From: Octopus vulgaris
Taxonomy: Eukaryota
Direction: 5' to 3'
Assembly (NCBI GenBank): GCA_951406725.2
Contig: OX597823.1
Location: 100,068,001 to 100,132,000, forward strand
Length of the DNA stretch: 64,000 nt
Below, piece by piece: positions 37,780 through 53,239 of the stretch. Each line of letters begins with the position of its first letter. Position 1 is the first letter of the stretch. The translations under genes and the position numbers were made by a program. The notes beneath the pieces are model-generated. The model did not search any database. It was given only the letters and a program-made list of their open reading frames with translations, and was not told the origin of the DNA.

Positions 37780-38730
37780 GCTTGAGGGATGAAGAACTTA
37801 TCCAAAGTTGTTTGCTGTTGTCTTTGTACAGTTCCGTCTAGGAACTGAGTTCATTGTAAACTCCTCTTGTAATTTTTTAAGTTACGTTTACAATTAGGAT
37901 CATTATCTGCAAAAACCTACTGACCTTCCTCGCTAAGTGCCAACTGTTCAGCAATAATTTTTGCAGTCAGTTTAAGTGGTGTAGCTGAGACTTCCTCCGT
38001 TGTCTCATCGCTATTCTCAGTTTGTTCTTTTTATCACAGCATCAACTCCTTGTTCAATAAACTTTCTCTCTGGGACACTAGCAACTCAATCACATCATCC
38101 TCTACAGCTTCCTCAAATTCTACATCCTTTTCAAGTGTCACAATATCTTTCCAAATTTCGTGTAGACTTTCTGCTTGACGAAAACTTGTGATGTCACGGA
38201 TAGAGTCTGGCCATATACCTTTCCAAACGTTATTCCATGACTCAGCTATATTATCCACGGCATCCATTATGTTGAATTTCTTCCAGAAATCTCTGACTGT
38301 AGGTTTATCCTACTTATCAGTTACTTTTATAATTTGTTCTCATAAAATATGCCTTGAAGTTAGCTATCACACATTAGTTGGAGCAAAGACGTTGTATTCT
38401 TGAGAATATATTTTACTCTCACCTTATCAGAAAGGACAACTGAGCTGGTTGAATGGCTCTGCACATTGTCATAAAGAAGCAATGCTTTGTTAGAAACATT
38501 ATGTCTGGCACTATTCTTTTCTACCGCAGAACAAAAACGTTTGTAAACCACTTTTTGAAGAGACTCTTAGTCAACCATGCCTTTTTATTTAAACACTAAA
38601 TCAAGGGTAGATAAAACTTTATGTAACCCTTGAAAGTCCTTAGATTTTCGCAGTGATGCACGTGTAGCGGCTCTGATATCACCAGCGGCATTTGACTTCC
38701 AAAGGAAATATCGGACGATTTTTGGAAGCT
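37780..38730 (-). pseudogene. Degenerate pogo/Tigger transposase
   Basis: KALLLYDNVQSH..KVRVKYILKNTTSLLQLM, FWKKFNIMDAVDNIAESW, EDDVIELL (pogo-family motifs). Confidence 0.8.
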
Positions 38731-38893
38731 TTAAAGAAATCGACCCCACCATTTATTCTTTTATAAGACTAGTACTTATTCTATCGGACACTTATGCCGA
38801 AACGCTATGTTACGGCATAAACACACCAGCATCAGTTGTCAAGCGGGCGGACACAGCTACACACAGACAGACACACAGACAGACAGACAGACA

Positions 38894-38935
<42 letters not shown>

Positions 38936-39053
38936 CACACACACATACATACATACATACATACATACATACATACATACATACATACATACATACATAC
39001 ATACATACATACATACATACATACATACATACATACATACAACTGAAACAAGC

Positions 39054-39093
<40 letters not shown>

Positions 39094-39602
39094 ATGTACA
39101 CATACAAATATCTACTGCACACACTCACACGTTTACTTATCATAGAGCACATATAAAAACCTAACATACACCCACACACACCTATAGAAACACGCTCATA
39201 CGCACACACATACGTACATACACACACTCATACATACACATAATTGCACACACACACACACACATCATCCAGCCTCTCGATCCCACATCCTACAATCGCT
39301 ACCCTCACACAACAGACGTACACTTATATTACCATATCACGCAACACTCCCTAATATACAAACATGCTACTTGCAGCCCGTACATATACACACACCTACC
39401 AAAACATATATACACATATACACTCTACACACACAACACATACGCACACACAACAACCATTTTTGCACTCTCCTGCCTCTGGAAACCACATTCTCTATTT
39501 CTCTCCAATTTCCGGTCAGTTATCATTTATGTAACGACACGCATGCTTTTCTTCTGACTTACCTACCTCTTCCTTCTTTTCCCCTTCTCTGGTCTTTTTC
39601 CT

Positions 39603-39640
39603 ATTTTCTGATGAAAAGCCATTGCTCGAAACGTCCTTTC
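39603..39640 (+). ncRNA. Degenerate hammerhead motif
   Basis: CTGATGAA-aagc catt gctc-GAAA-CG-TC; stem I lost. Confidence 0.5.
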
Positions 39641-39987
39641 TTCTACTATTTTCCTACCTAAAACTTCCTCCGAGCATTCATATAATATTCACTGCGTGCG
39701 TCCAATTGATTTTCCTTGCTTTTTCCTAAATTTATTTTTGAGTGTATGGATTTGCCGATGTGTGTGTGTGTACGTATGAATGTCGTCCCCCATCAGAACG
39801 TAGCGACGGGCAAAATACCGCTAAGCATTTCGTCCAGCGTGCTATTTATTCTGCCAGCTCGTCGCCTTTATATACATATATATATGTGTGTGTGTGTGTG
39901 TGAGTGTGTGTGTATTCATATATATATATATATATACATATACATGTATGTATGTATGTATGTATGTATGTATATAATGTATATATG

Positions 39988-40195
39988 AAGGTACAGGTCC
40001 TTAGTTAAAAGGATTTACCTAGGATTTTAACTAAGGCCCTGTACCTTTATGGTAGTAGCGACCAACATCTCTGATGACGGAATTCTCAGTGCATGGACAT
40101 ACTAACCTACCGCTTTAGTTATCCCAGAAACGGCTGTAAGACTTCAAATTCACCTTGCCCTGATTAAATTATTCTAAATGACTTGCGATAGTTGT
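39988..40195 (+). mobile_element. Fold-back + hammerhead short element between microsatellites
   Basis: IR 39988-40010/40025-40047; tct-CTGATGA(40071)-cgga....atccca-GAAA-CGGCTG-TA-aga (to 40141). Confidence 0.65.
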
Positions 40196-40264
40196 ATGTC
40201 TGTATGTATGTATGTATGTATGTATGTATGTATGTATGTATGTATGTATGTATGTATGTATGTA

Positions 40265-40297
<33 letters not shown>

Positions 40298-40326
40298 CAT
40301 ATAGACAGACAGACAGACAGACAGAC

Positions 40327-40429
<103 letters not shown>

Positions 40430-40867
40430 GCAAAATCGCCATCCCACTACACCCATACATTCAAAGCATTCAGCCACAACACATCTCTTGATACAGCTAG
40501 TGACTACCGCTAACCCCAGGCCACAACAGATAGAGAGGATACTCTTGAAGCCGAGAATTTGAACTTATGGAGACAATAATTATATATCACCTGAGGAAAC
40601 ACAACTAGATCTCATAATGCAGGGAAACGGTTGCATAACCAAGTCCCTGCAGGCCTGGAAAACTACGCTGCGTAGAAACAATTGTAGTGATTGCAAATAA
40701 ATGTCCTACTGTGCTCCCTCTTGTTGACTCCAATTTTTTTCATTTGTCTATTCACACACTACAGAAGCCCAAACGCAAATCTGGAAGTAAGTATAATACT
40801 GCTACTGGATAGCACAGGGTGGAATCTGAGGGTGGTCGAGTTTAATACTGTGCCCTACTACGTTCTT

Positions 40868-40951
<84 letters not shown>

Positions 40952-43223
40952 AACATGTGAACCTAACCCACGTGCGTTTTCTCTTCTCTTCCTTGTCTCT
41001 TCCAGACTTACCACTATTATTCAACGTAGGACTATATTATGTCATTACATTACTCTATAACTTTTTTCCCTTCTTTGGGCGTCAACCAAAAAGTGAACGT
41101 CCCTTAGAATTTTTGTTGCTTTTGCTATTTGTATTTGTGTGTGTGTGTAAGTATTATGTAGTTTATATGTATGCATTTATGCATCTATGTATTTGTATAC
41201 TATGTATAATTTTCCTCGTACATTAATTAAAAAAAGTGATTAGCAGCATTGGCATAGTAAACGTTTTCCTTTTTATTTTTAATTTACTGTTTTTTTTAAA
41301 GGTAGAAGACTAAGGCAGGAGACTACAACTGTGCAGAATTTCTGTCATTTGGAGAGGAAACCGAACCCGTAGAAATTCGTGGGTGTCATATATTCAGATT
41401 CAATTTTGGCCGCATAAGTCACATTCTAGCGTTTGTGAGGTGTGTTGCGGTTTTCGTTGTGCATTATTCATTCATATTTAGGGTGGAGTTAGTTTCATTG
41501 ATATATCCTCTTGCGTTTTCACTTTTGAACGAAAGACTTGGTAGTCGAGTCGTCAACGTAGGATGTTTGCAAGGCGTCTGTTTATTGAGGTTAAATACAA
41601 GTCTGTTGGGAAGTGTGGAGGTTGTGTGTGGATGATGGCTGAGTGCAGTAAGTTAGGTAGGAGTAAAAGGTGCAGCATAGGGATCTGTCTGATTAGCGGT
41701 ATCAACGAACTGGTCGTTAGAGAAGAGGAAGTAAGAAAAGAAAAAAATGTAAGCCATTAACATTCGTACAACTCGTTCTTTAGCCCTAGGTCAACACTGT
41801 TCGAGAAAAATCTGATCAGAAGCATTTCTACCGCGAACATTATTTAAAGTAGGGTGTGATTTAAGGGAGAAATTTGTCGGCTATTTCTAGCAAGTCGAAT
41901 GACAACACAGAGGCTCTGTTGCTGGCCCGGGTTAATTCGGGAGCCATGTGCATGTTCCGATGGGGCAAATCTCACAAAAGATGAGAAATGGTTGAAGTTT
42001 AAATAGCAGGGCAGTTCGGAGGGATTTCACGACAGACGTGGGTGGGACAAAATCACCATTCACTTCTTTAGTGTTGATTGTATTATGAGAAAGGCATGAA
42101 CGTCACATAATCTCATTCCTCTGCACAACAAACGTGTGTCTGTATAAGAAATGGACATCTTTATAGACAATGGCCGTCTCTATTTCCATTGGAAGTGGGT
42201 CATGTTCATAATTAATACTACTGAGTTCTCTGCGTTAAATAGACTGCAGCTAAGCTTCCGACTTGTCGTTTCCAAAATTCTAGGACAATGTCATTTTCAC
42301 TTTGCCCATTGTTGAATAACCTTGGGAAATTCCAATATTTCGCCCACTCGCTAAAATACACCCACCACACATACATGTACACAGTGTAAATACATATATG
42401 CTAAGCTATAGGTATACATACACACCTAAACACACACACACTCACAAACACACACATACACACTCACAAACACACACATACACACTCACAAATGCACACA
42501 CACATACACACTCACAAACACGCGCGCGCGCGCACTCACACCCATAAAGACAAACACATACACATGTTAAAAAATACATCGAAATACACACGTACATATA
42601 CATACGCTCCATTAGATATACACACAAACACATCTAAATTAAAGAAAATGAGAATTCGTCGGTGTCGACGCTGAGTCTGCCTGTTGTTCCAGGAACTGCT
42701 AACTCATTGAATTAGAGTGCAACCGGCTGAGTACACAACTGTCACCTGAACCCTTAACATAAATCTGAGATAGGATCAGCCTCTCAATGTGACACGACTG
42801 AATCTCTTCAATTCCACATACTGTCCACACGACGGGATTCCACACAGTTTCCGTCTCCCCAATTTCCAAGACAAGGTTTGTATCAACTTCAAACTATGGT
42901 ACGTGACATTGTCTCAAGATGTCACGTAGTGGGATCGAACTTACAACCTCAGGATTGCATAACAAATTCTTAACCATTTGGGTATATCTAATTTGGCAAA
43001 CACATATGCACTTTTCAACTACATCTAATTTTTCACACAGGTATACAGAAACTACACACTAGCGCACACACACATACAGATATATATATATACACACATA
43101 CATACATACATACATACATACATACATGCACACACACACACATACAGATATATATATATATATATATATCTGGTATTTGAGTACTCTTTTTTCCACCTTG
43201 TTTCACATTTATGTGTTTACTCC

Positions 43224-43260
<37 letters not shown>

Positions 43261-43379
43261 GATCACGAATGGCCATAGGATTGCACCAAGAAAGTTCCCC
43301 ACGGAGACAGAAGTCAAGTAAGGTTGTCTGTGGAAGACCGACAGTCGCCCATGCATATCACTTCCCAACCGATTTTTCT

Positions 43380-44890
43380 ACAGATACCAGAATGAAATTT
43401 AGTGAGTCCAAATGTGCCCTTTTTTTACACTAAAACACGGAAAAGTTGTGCCCTCCTCTGAAGACCTAAAATTGAATGAGCTGACGATATGACCTCTACA
43501 GTCAGGTGACAATTATGTGTATCTTGGACAAGGTGAGAATGATGGATCTATAAAGAGAGGACTGGAAACGAAGACCTTGGGAGAGCAAAGAGAACATGGT
43601 CGTCAGAACTCTCAGCTTACAACAAACATGTTGCCCACAACACCTTTGCAGTGCCTGCCATCACACCTATGTTTGGCCTGTTGAGCTGGCCACTACAAGA
43701 ACTCAATGAGATAGACGTTCGAACTCGCGGGCCGTTCAGTGTAAAGGAAACTTCAAAATCAATGGGGCTGTAGACAGGTTATGCTTTCCACACAAGGATG
43801 GTGGCCGTGGTCTCAAATCTGTATTGCTGACATATGTAATACAGATTGTGACACAAAATTGTTTGCAGCAGAAGAAAGAGACCAGTAACTATCTTGCCCA
43901 GATTTTTGACCATGAAACCAACAATATAATTAGGATAACAAATGAACTTGAGGATAGGTGTGAAATAAGAGCTGATACAGTTCTCTCCCCTAGAAGTATT
44001 ATCAGGACAAAATTTTTAAAATGGATCAGGTCACTGAGAAGATTGTGCATGGGTATTTGGCACGAAAAACACAGCAAAATAGAAGGCATTTATTATTTAA
44101 CACACTCACCGGTAAAGTTACCACTCATTTACTTATTTATTTTTCCTAAAATTTTCGTTTCATCTTGCAACAATTTCAATAGTCATTGCGTCCTGCAACC
44201 TTTTCAAGATTGTAAGACGCAACGAAAATTTTAGTAAAAATAAATAAATAAACGAGTGGAAATTTTACCGGTGAGTGTGTTAAATAATAAGACACTAAAA
44301 GAGAATGACTCTCCCGAAACACATGGAGTATCGACAAGTTTATGACATTCTACATTGAGGGCTACTTCCATGCAATTCAAAGACAAGAGATTCTCACCAA
44401 GTACCCACAGTATAAAGGGCAGAAAACGTTGACAGATAGCAAATGTAGGTTGTGCAAGATCAAGACTGAAGAGATTAACCACACCATTGCCAACTGCGAG
44501 AAGAATGTCTTCTAGCCATTATCTTCCCATGAGGCATGATGCGGTAGCCAGAACAGTCTTGAACAAGATAACAAGAAAGAAGAACACCAGACGAAGCTGA
44601 CCATATTGGGACCGGCTAGACATTGTTGTGTGGGACCACAAAAACAAATATGTTCTGTCATGGAAATCAGCTGCCCGCTGGACGCTAATGTTGTTAGAAA
44701 AACACAAGAGAAAGAGGACATCTATGGACCATTGATAAGGAGTTTGCAAATCCAGTACTCAAGATACACTTTCAGCTTCATACCTATAATTATTGGAGCA
44801 ACAGGATACATACCGACCAGTCTGGAGCAGAGTATGGCTGAACTTGGGGAGAGAACGCAAATCCTTAACTCGTGTGCTACAAAAGATCAC
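43380..44890 (+). pseudogene. Degenerate REL-type LINE fragment
   Basis: Y.YLG, GGRGL, CRLCK..EEINH.IANC, RHD and MEISCPLD..IPIIIGATG motifs across frames. Confidence 0.8.
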
Positions 44891-45559
44891 GATAAAGGAG
44901 GATGAACAAAACAAGAGACTTTCCTTCACAACCTTGCTTACCAAGGCTGGTGGCCGGTCAAGATTTATATGCGCGCCTATATATGTCCGGGTCTATTCAG
45001 AAAGAGAAAAAGAACATTCGAAGATAGCATCCGATACATATTCGCAAATTCATACACAAACACTAACCAAAGCACAAAACACACAAGCACACTAACATAA
45101 ATACATTTACATTCATACGAATACATATACACACGCTTACATACACGGATGTATAATCACACACACCCCTCCGCCACCTACTTAAGTAATCTGCTCTCGT
45201 GATTACACTCTAAGTGTTGGCCGGAAGTTTGTGTTTTGATTTCAGCGGGTCTCAGCCGACAGACAGAAGACAACATCTAATCCGCTACGAAATGTGGGTG
45301 ATTGTGAAGGGGGAGTCAGCGCTGAACAGGAAATTTAAATGAACAGGTGACAAAGCTTAAATACAAAGGAGCAAACCTGAACATTACTAGTCATGTTGGT
45401 AAAGGTGTTAAATTGGTGATGTTTTTTGTTCAGGGGATAATGAAAAGAAGATGGTGTGTGTGTTGGGGGAGAGGGGAAGGTTTCAATATTCGCTTAAATA
45501 CAAGATTTATATACATGAATAGGTGTGTACATGTCTGAGGTCTTGACTGCTATAATAAT

Positions 45560-45770
45560 AAGAATCCTTTCTATTATAGGCACAAGGCCTGAAATTTTTG
45601 AGGGGAGGGGACAAGTCGATTACATCGACCCCCCGAGTTTCACTGGTACTTAATTTATCGATCCCGAAAGGATGAAAGGCAAGGTCGACTTCGGCGGAAT
45701 TTGAACTCAGAATGTAAAGACGGACGAAATGCCGCTAAGCATTTTACCCGGCGCGCTAACGATTCGGTCA

Positions 45771-45823
<53 letters not shown>

Positions 45824-46225
45824 TAGGACGCAACTGGCATTTAATTTATCGACCCCGAAAGGGTGAAAGACAAAGTCGACCTCGGCTTGTTTTAATGAAC
45901 TACCAATCTATACAGTACGTTTCCCTGCCCGAGGTGCCAGGAAGGCACTCGGCAAGAAATGGAAACAGAACTGAAAGAAGATGTTAATGAAAATAATAAT
46001 GATGATAATAATCCTTTCTATTATAAGCACAAGGCCTGAAATTTGTGGAGAGGGGTCTAGTCGATTACATCGAGCCAAATGTTTGACAGGTGCTTATTTT
46101 ATCGACCCCGAAAGGATGAAAAGCAAAGTCGACCCCGGCGAAATTTGAACTCAGAACGTAAAGACAGACGAAATGCCGCTAAGCATTGTGTCTGACGCAC
46201 TAATGATCCTGCCAGCTGACTGCCT
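45560..46225 (-). mobile_element. Cluster of SINE copies with (ATT)n tails
   Basis: Copies at 45560-45770, 45830-45890 and 46010-46225 with tcgaccccgaaaggatgaaaggcaaagtcgac..gaatttgaactcagaa. Confidence 0.85.
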
Positions 46226-46494
46226 TAAGATGTCTTATTTAGTGGTAGATAGTTGTTAGCGTCTGATGGGAGCATTCGTCATATGGACGGATTCTTTTTG
46301 TCATGACGGCTTTCTAACAACCCTCTTCACGATAATAATGTAGGGTTGCCAGTTTCACCGCCGACGACCCGACCATGCAACAGATTGCATTCAGCCTTGT
46401 GTTACTTGTAGCGCTCGCGAGCGACCTAACATACATACATACATACATACATACATACATACATACATACACACACACACATATACATACTAAC

Positions 46495-46525
<31 letters not shown>

Positions 46526-46631
46526 CATACATACATACACACACACACATATACATACTAACTTACATACATACATACACACACACACATATACATACAT
46601 ACATACATACATACATACATACATACATACA

Positions 46632-46662
<31 letters not shown>

Positions 46663-46867
46663 CTCAATCTTGAGAAGCTAGACTTCACAAAACCGGAAAA
46701 AACACTTAATCAGATTAGACAGAAGCTACAGTCAAAACATTGGAAAACATTCAAAAAGTAATTCAGCATAGAATAAGATCATACATGTACGGGCCCATGT
46801 GCATGTGCACATACACATATATCAATACATAGATGTATATATACATACACATGTATGTAAATGCAGG

Positions 46868-46917
<50 letters not shown>

Positions 46918-47067
46918 AGAATACACTTCCTCGTTACTGGGGGCACACAAAAGAATTAGCATATGCGGGACGAGTGTTTTCATTGCAAGCACATAACTTA
47001 CAGTGTTTGTAGTCTATGCAAAACGTCGCTTTCTTTTTTATTTTCGCTAATATCAATCTCATATTCC

Positions 47068-47615
47068 TGTGGAATACATCACACATGTGATTAGCGGCTG
47101 CTCAAAAATGTCAAATACATCAAGGTACTACCTGCCTATGCGATATGACGTTATCGCAAAAACAATATACAATGCCATTCGGAAAAAGGACTGCCCTGGA
47201 ATAAATATAGAGAATCCCTCTGTTGTTGAAAGCGTACACAAATACCAGCACAAGGAATACTGGTGGAACATACCCATTAAAACAGTTGTCAAGTGTAAGC
47301 ATAACAGCCCGGATATTGTTATTTGGAACAGACAAAAAAAAGTACTTACCGTTTAGAGGTCAGCTGTCCTGCTGATGTGAACTTCTCTTCGAAAACCAAA
47401 GAGAAAGACGATAACTGCTTCGAAACCTTCAGCTTGTTTATCCAGATTACAAATTTATATCAATAATATTTGGAGCACTTGGTTTTGTAATTACTGTAAG
47501 TCTGGATAAGGTTGGATTTTCAGAAAAAGAAACCAACCAACTGATTCGCACATTAAAAATACAATCTATAAGTGGGACAGTAAAATTATGCAAGACTTTT
47601 CTCAGATTTAAATGT
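47068..47615 (+). pseudogene. REL-type LINE 3' fragment
   Basis: EYITHVISGC..RYD..KHNSPDIVIWN..EVSCP..IIFGALG..GTVKLCKTFL. Confidence 0.8.
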
Positions 47616-48207
47616 GACATTGTTTTCGTTATCTCCATTCCAACGATGGAGCTTTGTTAGAAACCAGCTCCTTCTTCAGAGGAAGATTTTAAATGATTAA
47701 ATACATACATATACACACGTACAAGCATACACATAAACACACATATCACATTCTTACTCTTTGTCAAATCTTGAAGAATATAAAAACCTTACACGCACGT
47801 TGGAATCGAACCTGTTTTGTATCAACACGAGATGCCTAATTTACTATTCTCTGTCGAAATCTATAGAATCTTTTAAAGATCAAACTGTTGCCTATAGAGT
47901 GATCCTCCGACCCACCCTTCTACCGACCCACCCTTCTACCGACCTACCTGCCAATATACGGATATAAAAATACACAATACCTACATCCACCTATCCTTAC
48001 ACACCCATACAATCTTGGAATGTGTGTGTGAGTAGGTGTGTATGTGTATACATATATTCACAGAGAGAGAGAGAGAAAGAGGAAGGTGACAGTCAGACAG
48101 ATGCATACATTATGTGCTCATCATAAAATAAATACTATATCGATGTTCGTTTCTAGAAAACAATGTCTTCTTTCGCACACAACACATGCAGTCTCGACTG
48201 TACATCT

Positions 48208-48280
<73 letters not shown>

Positions 48281-49275
48281 CAAATACATAAAGCAATCAC
48301 GTGTCTGCGTTAGCGTCTCACAGATAGAACTGGCACGCACTTACAGCCATAGACAAAATATGATGAGTACAGAGAGACACGAGGATTTATTGAAATTCTT
48401 TCTCCACCACTCTCTTTCTCTCCCTCTCCCACCTCTAAGTCTCTCTCATTCACGCGCGCGCGCGCTGATCAACTGAAAAGAGAACGCGACACGCAAGAAT
48501 TACGGACACAAAGCAAGAACTCCGCACGAACTCGGAACCAAGTTTTACTTAACGCAGTCAAATCCGGATGAAACTATCTTAATGTCATATAAATGAATAT
48601 GTATAAGAGATGGGGGTGCATGTGTGTGTGTGTGTGTCTGTGTACATGTGTGTCTGTGTGTTTGTGTAAGCTAGCAACATGTGTGTGTGTGTATATGAGC
48701 GTATGTACGACACTGTCCGCACGTGTATGTTTTTTGTCAAAGACCAAATAAAAATCTCTTCGATTCACGCAAAGGTCGTAATGTCATGTTTTTTTTCCTT
48801 TTAATTGTTTTTCTCTTCTTTTTCAAGTTTAATAAATATGCATCCAGGTAACTTTACTTCATTGAATCTTAGCAGAGGCTATAAACCTCTCCCCACTTTC
48901 ATTATCATTTATGATTGGTTTTCTATTCCTCTTCAAAGTAAAGACATTTTTCTATAAATTCCACATTTTCTACACTATATTGTAGAAAACCAAATATAGG
49001 GATTTGGCCGACGAGGCCCTTGCCAATGGATAGTATGCCACCCCGTTCCTTATTGAGGTCTGCTACCGCAGCTTTCCATCCGGATCGATGTGCTATTTCC
49101 AACAGAAGACTGATCTGGGACTCAAGCAACTGAAGAACGCCACCAAGAAGATAGCCATGAGCTCTGAATAAGTACCAGACCTAAGATCTGGGGTCGATTT
49201 GTTTGATCAGTTCAACAACGAGGTGTTCCTACATAACCATTGAGCAGTGACTGAAACAAATAAAAAAAGTATTAG

Positions 49276-49360
<85 letters not shown>

Positions 49361-49369
49361 AATATATTT

Positions 49370-50810
49370 CCCATACCATAAACCCTCAACTAATTTAAAT
49401 TATATTAGCTCTTTCATTAATATCTCTAAGGCTATTACAAGGAATTTAGTCAGGAATATTTCATTTAGACTTTCTAGATTATCTGCTAATGTTGATGTCT
49501 TCAACTTAAAGCTAAATTTTATAACTCTGCCTTACTTAAAGCAGGTTTTAAAGAAAAATATTACCTATATTAACCCTATTGACATTAATTCTACCTCTAT
49601 TAATCAGGACATGAAATCAAGTCATAACGATATTGACAATATAAATTTTAGTTCGAATAACAACACCAAATCAATTAATGTAATTCTACAGCGTAAGGGA
49701 GATAACCGTTATTTAAGACCCTTTTTTCGTTATAAAGTGCATCGAGGACTTTTAAAAATAATTACCCTAATAACAAGGTATGTCCTAGCAAAACTGTTCA
49801 ATTAATAATTCCACATGGTAAGCAGATCAAATCCAGCCTCTTACCAGTTTCGTGAAGCTATAGAAAAGAATTTCCCATGAAATTCAAGATACTATTCGAT
49901 TATTAATTCACACCAAATCAGGATAGGATTTTCTAACTCAAAAAATCTTTCGCAAATCATCTCTTCGCGTAAAAAGTTGTTAAATACAAATCCACTTAAT
50001 GAAAATAGTAACATTGATTTTGTTAACACTAACCATTCTTTAAATAATAATAGCTGTGGTGTTAGTGTTTCTGATGTTTATTCCAATTGCATTCGTTTCC
50101 TTGGCAGTAATTCTAAGACTAGAAACTCTCTTCATCAATGTAAAAGTACTTCCGGTTCTGACCGTATTTTTTTATATAGGTAGTTCTTCATCTCAGTTGT
50201 CCAAAAGAATATCTAATCAGACATATCAATAAACCTAACAATACTGGGCTTAGTAAATTAATTTGGTATCTAAAGGATCATAATGAACAATTTCATTTGG
50301 AATGGAATATTCTATCTATTTCATTTCCGTATGATAAAGGTAAATCTTTTTGTCCGCTTTATAACAAAGAAATGTATTTCATCCTGTTCTCAAAGAATCC
50401 TCTTGTAAACATACCTTTACTTCCTATTAGTGATTTCTACCATTCTATAAAATTCGACTTCGTCTTCTTGCATTGCACTTCTAAATATATCTACTTCCAA
50501 GCCTATAAGCTTTTTCTAATTCACCTATCGCTCTATAACTCTCCACTATTAGTTTTCTGCTAATTTCTTTCTTTCTCCTCCTTCTCTTTTTATAAACTAC
50601 CTTTGACATTATATCTTCTAATGGTTATTTAAAAAAAAGCAACTTGCTAGCGTTCCCTTCATCAAATACGCAGTCATCACCTTCTGTTAAATGTCTCATT
50701 GATGCGTTTGGTTTCTTTTTTTCCCAGATGAGAAGACTGCATTGCTTTACACTATTTTATTCCTTTTTGAATAACACCAATGTTTTCTTCGAAAACAGAA
50801 GTATAAAGAC
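49370..50810 (+). pseudogene. Degenerate Penelope-like element (RT thumb + GIY-YIG endonuclease + 3' hammerhead remnant)
   Basis: PYHKPSTNLNYISS..ISFRLSRLS..; FP.NSRYYSIINSHQIRIGFSNSKNLSQIISS; YIG; TGLSKLIWYLKDHNEQFHLEWNIL..PYDKGKSFCPL..KEMYFIL. Degenerate CAGATGA-gaaga..tcttc-GAAA at 50725-50803. Confidence 0.8.
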
Positions 50811-50835
50811 TTGAATAACATCTGCGTTTAACTCC

Positions 50836-50896
<61 letters not shown>

Positions 50897-51038
50897 CTTT
50901 GGGTATGGTAGATGAGTTCAGCAAAAATTTTAATTTGGTACTTAAGTTGAGGCACCAGAATTTAGTACGGTATTATCCACACAATTTCAAAGTAAGGTGA
51001 TTAAAATCAAAATAAGCAACATGGATATCCAGAGGTAA

Positions 51039-51126
51039 TGCACTACGATCGTTTCATGCAACTCCATTTAATTGAACAATGCAATGATTACATCAATTTA
51101 AAATATAGAGCAATCTTCAGCTGCAC
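51039..51126 (-). ncRNA. Hammerhead ribozyme motif
   Basis: Minus strand: tgcag-CTGAAGA-ttgc....gcat-GAAA-CGATCG-TA-gtgca. Palindromic stem III; closing pairs of stems I and II mismatched. Confidence 0.65.
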
Positions 51127-51195
51127 AAAGACATAGAATTTAATTAAATTAGAACAGATGGACACATTAGTATAATTATACCTGAAATCTTCAAG

Positions 51196-51239
<44 letters not shown>

Positions 51240-51240
<1 letters not shown>

Positions 51241-51570
51241 CTAAACTGGCACTCCGTCGGTTACGATGAGGAGAGTTCCAAGTGATCTGATCAACAGAAC
51301 AGCCTGCTTGTGATACTAACGTGCAAGTGGCTGAGCACTCCACAGACACGTGTACTTTTAACGTGGTTCCCAGGGAGATTCAGCGTGAGACAAGATGAGA
51401 CAAGGCTGACCCTTTGAAATACGGACACAGCTCATTTTTGCCAGCTGAGACAAGTGGAGCAACGTGAAATAAAGTGCCATGCTCAAGGACACCACGAGTC
51501 TCTGGGAACTGAACTCACGACTTTACGATCGTGAGCCGAATACCCTTGCCACTAAGCCACGCGCCTTCAC
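51240..51570 (-). mobile_element. tRNA-derived SINE
   Basis: Minus strand aaggcgcgtggcttagtggcaagggtattcggctcacgatcg..gagttcagttccc (A/B boxes); body shared with 16540-16800. Confidence 0.85.
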
Positions 51571-51584
51571 TATATCTATACACT

Positions 51585-51815
<231 letters not shown>

Positions 51816-53060
51816 CTATTCGTACATAAAAAAAAACATTAAACAATCTCTGTAAGCAATTTTTTATTGAATAAATTTAAATTTATCAAAATGAAAACAA
51901 ACATTTAAATAACATTTAAAGTGAATTTTAATGAATACTATTTTTAAAAAGTGGCGTTTCTTCACAGTCCTTTACCTTTTGCTTGGACATTACACAACAC
52001 TGAATAAATCAAGACATTTTTACGGTACACTAAATATGGTAAAAAGTTTTCAGACCAGTGAAGATATAAGATGTTGAATAGATGTAAGTATATTTTAATG
52101 TTAAACTTTCTAGCAGCAGAACTCGGCGTAGCCAGGGTTTATAGGCAGAATCAGTCACATAGGCCTTGTGCAAAATTTCATATATCTAAATGCACAACAG
52201 TAACCCATTAATTAGATCATGCATATGTACATAAGTTCGATGTGTGTGTGTGCGTGTGTAACATATAAATTATGTGGAACAACTACATACGCGCGCGCGC
52301 AACGTACCCTATGAACATACATATAAAAATTTTATGTGTGAATAGGCCCACACTAAGTAAAATTTTATTTGATCTCAGCCGCTCTTTGTCTTCCCCTACT
52401 GTTATCTTTGACTGTCTCACCACTCTTTCATCTCTATCTGTCTATCTATCTATCTATCTATAGTGATTTTTTCTCGCACTTTCTGACGTCAACAATAATT
52501 CAGCCAATCCTGAGCCAGACTCATTCACACTCAAGCATTCGGTTTGTGCAATCAATAACTATCAAAATTATCATTTTCAGACAATCAAACAAAAATACGC
52601 GAAAATGAAGAATATATTCCAACATTTTTCTGGTTAGATCCACATGGATAATAACTTTATATGTATATATATATATAATAAATTTCTGCTGAAACAAAGT
52701 GCTCAAACTTTTTTAATTTGAAGCCAGTTCAGACGGTAAAGAGTCGGAATAAAGACTGTAAAACATTTTGTCCGACTCTCTAACGATGATGCCAGTCTAC
52801 CGCCTTCGTCTTGATGATGATGATGATAATAATAATAATGGGGCTCAATCAATTACATTGGCGCCAGTGCTCAACCGTTACTTATTCACCTATCGGAAGG
52901 ATAATACGTAAAGTTGATCACGGCAGTATTTGAACTATGAATGTGTAAGAAGCCAGAATAAACGCTACTAAGCATTTTGACCAACGCGCAAACGATTTTA
53001 CCAACTCACCACCTTCCTAATAATAACAACAACAACAACAACAACAACAATAACAATAAC

Positions 53061-53102
<42 letters not shown>

Positions 53103-53135
53103 TAAATAATAATAATAATAATATTAATAATAATA

Positions 53136-53218
<83 letters not shown>

Positions 53219-53239
53219 AATAATAATAATAATAATAAT

